Source of the DNA: a virus
Length of the DNA: 64,000 nt
Virus record (IMG/VR): IMGVR_UViG_3300033571_007537
Span: 1 to 64,000 of that record
Direction: 5' to 3' (one strand)
Shown here: positions 58,899 through 64,000 of the stretch, one piece after another
How positions within the stretch are numbered: position 1 is the stretch's first letter
Layout of the letters: the number at the start of each line of letters is the position of its first letter
Program-made: the position numbers and the translations under genes
Notes under the pieces: generated by a model
The model's input: the letters and a program-made list of their open reading frames with translations, nothing else
What the model was told of the DNA's origin: nothing
The model's database searches: none

Positions 58899-59231
58899 TT
58901 AGGCGAACCAAGTCTTCCTGAGTCCCTCAATCTGTGAATCTGAGAGTCCAATCGTATCTCCCTCGTCATCTGTTCCACCTGTGAATACGGCAGTTCCAAC
59001 GATGACATCGGTAGCACCAAAGAACTCGTTCCACATCACAGTTCCAAAGGCGTTGAATGGTAGACCTACCATCTTGCCCTCTTCGTTCACCCAAAGGGTC
59101 AGAGTCGGGGTCAGGTCTATTGCTTGAATCCAACCATCAACTAATCCTTGAAGAGTTTTCAATTCGTTTCCTGCGATGTCCACAACTGAGAAAATCCCAT
59201 CTGGAGTTATTGCTACGGCGTTCTTAGTCAT
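58899..59231 (-). CDS. DUF3846-like protein
   Basis: LQ.LV.GWI.AI, VNEEGK..GLP.N, DVIVG.AVFTG. Confidence 0.8.
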   Translation of the reverse strand: MTKNAVAITPDGIFSVVDIAGNELKTLQGLVDGWIQAIDLTPTLTLWVNEEGKMVGLPFNAFGTVMWNEFFGATDVIVGTAVFTGGTDDEGDTIGLSDSQIEGLRKTWFA

Positions 59232-59394
59232 TTTGTTTTCCTTTCTATTGACTACAATTACTATCTTACGCGTTCAATCGGCGTTTGTCAAATTAGACAC
59301 GCCAAAGGTAAAACCCCCCTACCTAAAGGAAATCTAAAAGGTAGAGGGGTTTTGAAGGAGGGGCTGGTTAGGAGCAACCCCCTCCTCCAACTTC

Positions 59395-59721
59395 TTACAG
59401 GTTTTGTAAGAAAGTGTATTCAGTTTGGGTCAGCGTTTCGGCATACGCTTCTGGAAACATCTCGGCAAGTTTCTTGCCATCTGTTCCCTTGCGAGTTCTT
59501 GAAGCAACCTTGACGACAACCATGCCCTCAACTAATCCTGCTTCGGCGTTGCCTAGTGCTTCGCGAAGAATTGCTTCGGCGTTAGCCTTCTGCTCTTCAA
59601 GAGCCTTGATGGCTTCCTTAGCGTTAGCAAAGTCGGCAAGTGCCTTCTGTGCTTCGGCGTTCAGTTCTACTGCTGTGGTGCTGGTGGTGATTACCTGAGT
59701 GTTCTTTACAATGCTGTTCAT
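59395..59721 (-). CDS. Coiled-coil early protein (paralog of 63481-63795)
   Basis: ALG.AE, D.KKLAEMFPEAYAETL. Confidence 0.8.
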   Translation of the reverse strand: MNSIVKNTQVITTSTTAVELNAEAQKALADFANAKEAIKALEEQKANAEAILREALGNAEAGLVEGMVVVKVASRTRKGTDGKKLAEMFPEAYAETLTQTEYTFLQNL

Positions 59722-60056
59722 TGGTTATCTCTTTCTGTTAGGTAAGCATTTCTGCTTATGTATCTAAGGTAGCCTATTTGATTTGATTTGTCAAATCCAT
59801 TTGGTTCTCGGCGTGTCGTTTGTTGTTGCCTCCCCCTCAGCCCGACCTAAGGAATAAATCTGAGGGGGAGGTTTACCAATCAACCAACCAAGGGAATCAA
59901 CCTTGATAACTAAAAGATACCATCTCAGGTTTCGTTTGTCAAATCGAGATGGGACGGCGTTCTTCGTAAAAAGTTGAAGGGAAGCACCAGCCCACACGGA
60001 ACTCCGGGAAGAGGATAAAAAGAAACCCGACGAGATTTCTCCCATCGGGTTTTCTT

Positions 60057-60350
60057 CTACCTAAGTTCTGACAACACTTCTTTCGAGAACCCCTCTGGGA
60101 CTTCATCTGGGATTCTCCAAGAGGCGAGTCTTAGCCCTGCGTCAATCACAATGGACGGAACATCTGTGCGTAGACTCTTTGCCCAAGTTTCCAAGAACGC
60201 TGAGGATACTTCTTTATGCCCGCGTTCAACCTCGCTGAGGTATCCAAGTGCGATGGTCGCCTCAGTAGAAACTCTCCTGAGTGTGTAGCCCAACTTGTGT
60301 CGGCGTTCACGGAGGATTTCTCCTAGTGCGTCTTTATACATTAGCGTCAT
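60057..60350 (-). CDS. XRE-family HTH regulator, ClgR-like
   Basis: LGEILRERR...G.TLR.VS..A.IALGYLSEVERG.KE.SS matches the actinobacterial ClgR signature as I recall it. Confidence 0.8.
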   Translation of the reverse strand: MTLMYKDALGEILRERRHKLGYTLRRVSTEATIALGYLSEVERGHKEVSSAFLETWAKSLRTDVPSIVIDAGLRLASWRIPDEVPEGFSKEVLSELR

Positions 60351-60636
60351 CTGAACCTGCTTTCTTTTCTTCTCGCAACCTCTTTTGACGGAGGCGTTCT
60401 TTTTCGATTAGTTCCGCATACTTTTCCGGGAAGTTTTCACGGAGGTTGTTCAAATACTTCTGACGCTTGACTCTGTTGTATTCACGGTAAGCGTCTGGGT
60501 CTGTTTCTTTCAAACGCTTTATCCAATCATTACTGCGTCCCGCGTATTTTTCTTTGTTCTTCTGGTAATACAATTTAGCGTATTCCCGCTGTGCTTGCCT
60601 CAGTTCTTCGAGGGTCGTGTATTTCTGTTTCGGCAT
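60334..60636 (-). CDS. Basic helical protein (start reassigned to MPKQKY)
   Basis: K/R/Y-rich repeats; TAATG coupling with the upstream gene. Confidence 0.65.
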   Translation of the reverse strand: MPKQKYTTLEELRQAQREYAKLYYQKNKEKYAGRSNDWIKRLKETDPDAYREYNRVKRQKYLNNLRENFPEKYAELIEKERLRQKRLREEKKAGSDDANV

Positions 60637-61106
60637 TATTTCTTTTCCTCTCCTGCTTCGGCGTGTAGAACTTGTGCTTGACCAATTGCGTCTTCTAGCG
60701 AGTGGTATGGCTCTGAGAAAAACTCTGGGTCTTTCTCTGTGTAAACTTCGAACCACGAGTTGTTCTGCCAAGAGAAAACTTCTTCTCCCTTGTTTGACCA
60801 CTCTTCGAGTTGCTGGTCATTAGTTATACCAAACTCTTCGAGTTTGTCTGTGTAGCGAATAACCTCAATGTGTCCGTCGTCTGTTGTTGCGTGGATACGC
60901 ATTTCTCCATTACGAACCACATAGTAGTCGCAACTCTCGTGTTCCCATACAACTTCTACTCCGGGTTCATTTGTGAAAAACGCTGAGTCATTTCTTGTTT
61001 CCATTTTGTATGTTCCTTTCTCTGAACAATTGTGGGTGTTTGGTGCTTCTGGCGTTTGCGAGTATCCGCAATCGAAACACACATACAAAGTATTACTCTG
61101 TGTCAT
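60636..61106 (-). CDS. Acidic hypothetical protein (start MTQSN at 61106; alternative METRN at 61004)
   Basis: Both starts have an RBS; promoter at 61158. Confidence 0.7.
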   Translation of the reverse strand: MTQSNTLYVCFDCGYSQTPEAPNTHNCSEKGTYKMETRNDSAFFTNEPGVEVVWEHESCDYYVVRNGEMRIHATTDDGHIEVIRYTDKLEEFGITNDQQLEEWSNKGEEVFSWQNNSWFEVYTEKDPEFFSEPYHSLEDAIGQAQVLHAEAGEEKK

Positions 61107-61269
61107 TATTGCTTCTCCTCTTTCTGTTATTACTAAGGTATCAAGTAAAAAGATGTTTGTCAAATCCTGAGTCTGACGGCGGGTCGTCAAAAGTTTTCCG
61201 GGGGTTCCGTGTGCGTCTTCAAACAAAAAAGAAACACCCGCGTTCCCGCGAGTGCTTCCCTCGAAACTT

Positions 61270-61494
61270 TTACTGCTTGAGATGACCCTTGAGGAAATTA
61301 CTCGGGTGTCGAGCAATACTTGCTTCAAGCCCCTTTGGGTCTGGGTTCGGCACACCTGCTTCGCTTGAAACAACTATAATTCGATACTTTGTTCCTGACC
61401 AACTCAGGAACGCCATCGCATAATCTTTCGCTTCTTGCTGAGTTGCGAACTCGTAAGGGAGAACTCCCTGCTTAGTTTCTACTTTGAAAATCAT
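61270..61494 (-). CDS. Small hypothetical protein (start MIFKVE)
   Basis: GAGAGGA RBS; promoter at 61541. Confidence 0.65.
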   Translation of the reverse strand: MIFKVETKQGVLPYEFATQQEAKDYAMAFLSWSGTKYRIIVVSSEAGVPNPDPKGLEASIARHPSNFLKGHLKQ

Positions 61495-61598
61495 TTGTTT
61501 CCTCTCTTTCTGTATCAAGTATTACAAATACTTTTAGTTTTGTCAAGCCCGACACGCGGTAAAACCCTCACCTTTTGATGAGGGTTTCCGCGTAGCCC

Positions 61599-61871
61599 CT
61601 AGACTTCCCAGGGTTCATCGAACTCGGCACTAGCAAGGTGGTCTTCCCTAATCTCTTGTAGGTGCTGTTCAACGAACTGCTTGAACGCATCTAGGTTCTT
61701 TTCAATGCGAGGTTCGCCCTTTGCGTAATCCCAAACGTTGATGATGTCAAACGCTGACTTTGGAAATAAATCTGTGTCTAAATCTCTAAAGAAGATTTCA
61801 ATGTATTCGCCACCGCTCCAAACGAAACGCATGTCTTCTGTGCTGTCGTAAACCATCTTTGCTTTTGCCAT
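61599..61871 (-). CDS. Hypothetical early protein
   Basis: GAAAGGA RBS, promoter and terminator. Confidence 0.75.
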   Translation of the reverse strand: MAKAKMVYDSTEDMRFVWSGGEYIEIFFRDLDTDLFPKSAFDIINVWDYAKGEPRIEKNLDAFKQFVEQHLQEIREDHLASAEFDEPWEV

Positions 61872-62095
61872 TTTTATTTTCCTTTCGTTGGCTATGTATC
61901 AAGTATAGGGTTTATGCCCGCATCTGTCAAATCCAAACTTTGAACGGCGTGTCCCATAAAAAGTTGCGAAGGGAGGGCCGAGATGCTGAACTTATCCGGG
62001 GCTTCCGTGTGGAGGGACGCGGCGGAAAAACTTTTCACGAAGAAAAAAAAACACCCCCTCCCAAATCGGGAGGAGGCATTTTTATTTAGCAGAAC

Positions 62096-62347
62096 TTATC
62101 TGTCGTTATACTCGTCGTAGCGGTCTGCCTCGTAGTCATCTCTGTCATCAGAGATAGAACTCTCTAAATAGGTTGAACCGCAGAACTCGCACTCAATCGC
62201 GTAGTTGCCGTAGTCATCAGTTGTGGTTTCACCCGCACCATTTTCTTTTAGGCACTCGTCGTTCTCACACTCGAACTCGTCGTATGAAACTTCTTTGGCA
62301 TAAATGCCTGAACCCATCATTGAACCATCTGGATAGTTGTCGCTCAT
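62096..62347 (-). CDS. Very acidic Zn-ribbon-like protein (start MSDNYP)
   Basis: About 25 D/E versus 5 K/R in 83 aa; C....C and CEFC. Confidence 0.75.
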   Translation of the reverse strand: MSDNYPDGSMMGSGIYAKEVSYDEFECENDECLKENGAGETTTDDYGNYAIECEFCGSTYLESSISDDRDDYEADRYDEYNDR

Positions 62348-62457
62348 TTTGTTCCTTTCTCGAACAATTACTACATTACAGGAAACGGCACAGCAAGTCA
62401 AATCGCCACGCCGAAGAAGAACCCCCCGCACTCGGCGGGAGGTCTTCTAGCGAACGC

Positions 62458-62889
62458 CTAGACGTTCTTGGCACAGACCGGGCCGATACCAACCGCAACC
62501 GACTTAGGGTCAGTTAGGAACTTGGCACAGACACAGCAGAAACCAGTTTCTACTCCGAACGCTTTTGCCTCGTCAAGACTCATCTTGTCCGAAGACTTTA
62601 GTGTGCGAATAGCACCAGAGGCGAAGATGAACTTCATCTCGATAATGTCCAACTTCTTTGCGTAGAGGTTGCCAGACTCCAGCGAACGCTGAACGCGGAA
62701 GATTTCGTCGCCCTTGCGATACATACCCTCTTCTTCAACGCCACCCGCAGTTGGCATTGCTAGCAGTTGTGCGATTAGGTTTGACGCGTCTTTCGAGGTC
62801 ATTGTTGAGAAATCAACCGCGTCGCTGACGCCACGCTCTACGCGTAGGTTGTTGATGAAACTTACTTGCTTGATGGTGATTGGGTTCAT
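62458..62889 (-). CDS. DUF6011-like Zn-finger protein
   Basis: CCVCAKFLTDPKSVAVGIGPVCA; N-terminal T.KQ..FI..L. Confidence 0.8.
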   Translation of the reverse strand: MNPITIKQVSFINNLRVERGVSDAVDFSTMTSKDASNLIAQLLAMPTAGGVEEEGMYRKGDEIFRVQRSLESGNLYAKKLDIIEMKFIFASGAIRTLKSSDKMSLDEAKAFGVETGFCCVCAKFLTDPKSVAVGIGPVCAKNV

Positions 62890-63139
62890 AATTTGTTCCT
62901 TTCTCGAACAATTACTACATTAGCCTAAATCGGCGTTGATGTCAAATTAGAAAGATTACGGCGTGTCGTCTTTTTCTTCTCCTTCCTCTTTTTCTTTTTA
63001 CGAGTTCCATCAAAAGTTGCGAAGGGACGCAAGGCGTCTTGCGAGTTTTCACCAACCGCGACTTTTCCCGGTGTTTCGTGTTGCCCGCACACATAAAAGA
63101 AAGCCCCCGCATTTCTGCGGGGACTTCCTCAACCAACCC

Positions 63140-63355
63140 TCACCACGAGGTTTTTTCGGCGAACTCCTTTTGATGTTCTACCGAGAACTTGATGTTCGGG
63201 ATTGTTTCCGCGAACTTCGGCATTTCATTTTTCAAAATGCCCTCCACGATTGCGAACTCTTTTGCTGGAAGTTTCTTGTAAAGCGTTTCCAACATTGAAC
63301 GCATACCCGCGTTAGCACCGAACTCGTAAATCTCTATCTTTTCATTTTTACCCAT
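63140..63355 (-). CDS. Small hypothetical protein (start MGKNEK)
   Basis: GAGAGGA RBS; promoter at 63410. Confidence 0.65.
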   Translation of the reverse strand: MGKNEKIEIYEFGANAGMRSMLETLYKKLPAKEFAIVEGILKNEMPKFAETIPNIKFSVEHQKEFAEKTSW

Positions 63356-63480
63356 TTTTATCTTCCTCTCTCTGGGTGATGTATCTATTGAACCATACTT
63401 ACCGCAATAAGTCAAATCTCGTGCCTCCCCGCGTGTCGCGAGGTTGAGGGCGGGTTTCCCCGCCCCCTCGCTCACCGCCC

Positions 63481-63795
63481 TTAGAGGGTGATGATTTTTA
63501 CTACTGGTGTTTCGCGGAGGGTTTCCGCGTAAGCCTCTGGGAACTTTTCCGCAAGGGCTTTGAGGTCATTGCTACGACGAGTTGAAGTTTGTGTCTTGTA
63601 GACCACAACGCCTCCAAAAGTCGCCTCCTCTGCCTCGCCAAGAGCATTTAGCAAATGCTCTTTGAGCATTGCCTCTTTCTTGGCAAGTTCACGCTGAGTT
63701 TCTCGCAACTGGGCGAGTTCCAAAGCGTTCTGGACTAGAACTGCTGATACCTCAACTGAGGTTGAGATAGTGGTGCTGGTAGTGATTTTAGCCAT
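63481..63795 (-). CDS. Coiled-coil early protein (paralog of 59395-59721)
   Basis: ALGEAE, DLKALAEKFPEAYAETL. Confidence 0.8.
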   Translation of the reverse strand: MAKITTSTTISTSVEVSAVLVQNALELAQLRETQRELAKKEAMLKEHLLNALGEAEEATFGGVVVYKTQTSTRRSNDLKALAEKFPEAYAETLRETPVVKIITL

Positions 63796-64000
63796 TTGTG
63801 ATTTCCTTTCTAGTGGCTGATGTATCTATTGAACCACAACTGATTACATTTGTCAAATCGAACTTGCCTCTGGCGTGTCGCGTGTTTGTTCAGTTGTGTA
63901 GTTCTTTGGTGCTAAGTCAATTATGAGGGACTACATACCTTTTTGTCAAATCGAGATTTGATGAGAGATGACGCAACTTTTCACGAAGCGAAGCGAGGCA

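Larger units (their letters stand above)
51780..63081 (+). repeat. Dispersed 15-bp Box A (CCSGG-N4-CCGTGT), 12 copies about 1 kb apart
   Basis: Starts at 51780, 52421, 53449, 54513, 55595, 56575, 57891, 58800, 59994 (inverted), 61198, 61996, 63067; all intergenic; the 57891 and 63067 copies each have one mismatch. Confidence 0.9.
56887..63949 (-). promoter_or_regulatory. Series of minus-strand early promoters
   Basis: TTGACA on the minus strand at 56887, 57226, 57630, 59286, 59789, 59937, 61158, 61541, 61925, 62940, 63851, 63944 and TTGACT at 62396, 63410; most lie about 50-70 nt upstream of an ATG with a GAAAGGA-type RBS. Confidence 0.75.

Noticed and set aside
60421-60975. Partial Box A look-alikes at about 60425 and 60961 (also about 50522)
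   Set aside because: Only the CCGGG half matches and they lie inside coding sequence, so they were not counted.
51780-63081. Box A array as a CRISPR array or integron attC array
   Set aside because: The repeats are 15 bp, degenerate, about 1 kb apart and not palindromic, and no cas1/cas2 or integron integrase is in the window.

Overview
This window is part of a large, apparently lytic, siphovirus-type phage genome. Its host is probably an actinobacterium, judging from the ClgR-like regulator, the hexamer/pentamer capsid pair, GACAC boxes and leaderless starts. It has two parts. (1) Positions 1-49.3 kb, all on the minus strand, hold replication genes (AAA ATPase fragment, PD-(D/E)XK nuclease, SNF2 helicase, RuvC-like resolvase, PolA) and a complete tail and head module. 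The head module also carries a Dps, a 1452-aa protein with about 5 tandem ADP-ribosyltransferase domains and a 3211-aa kinase-containing polyvalent protein. These share putative capsid-targeting and protease-cleavage motifs with the 1575-aa prohead protease. (2) Positions 49.3-64 kb start at a strand-skewed A/C-rich tract and contain the large terminase plus about 30 small ORFs, mostly in promoter-RBS-ORF-terminator cassettes. By eye this second region almost lacks several 4-bp palindromes (TGCA, AGCT, TTAA, ATAT, GTAC, ACGT). It also carries a 15-bp box (CCSGG-N4-CCGTGT) twelve times at about 1-kb spacing, regardless of gene direction, with a companion AACTTTTNACGAA box. My lead candidate for an undescribed system is this periodic box array in a restriction-site-depleted, probably first-injected region, with two paralogous tandem-HTH proteins as candidate readers. 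All motif counts were made by eye and all family assignments come from recognised motifs, not database searches.
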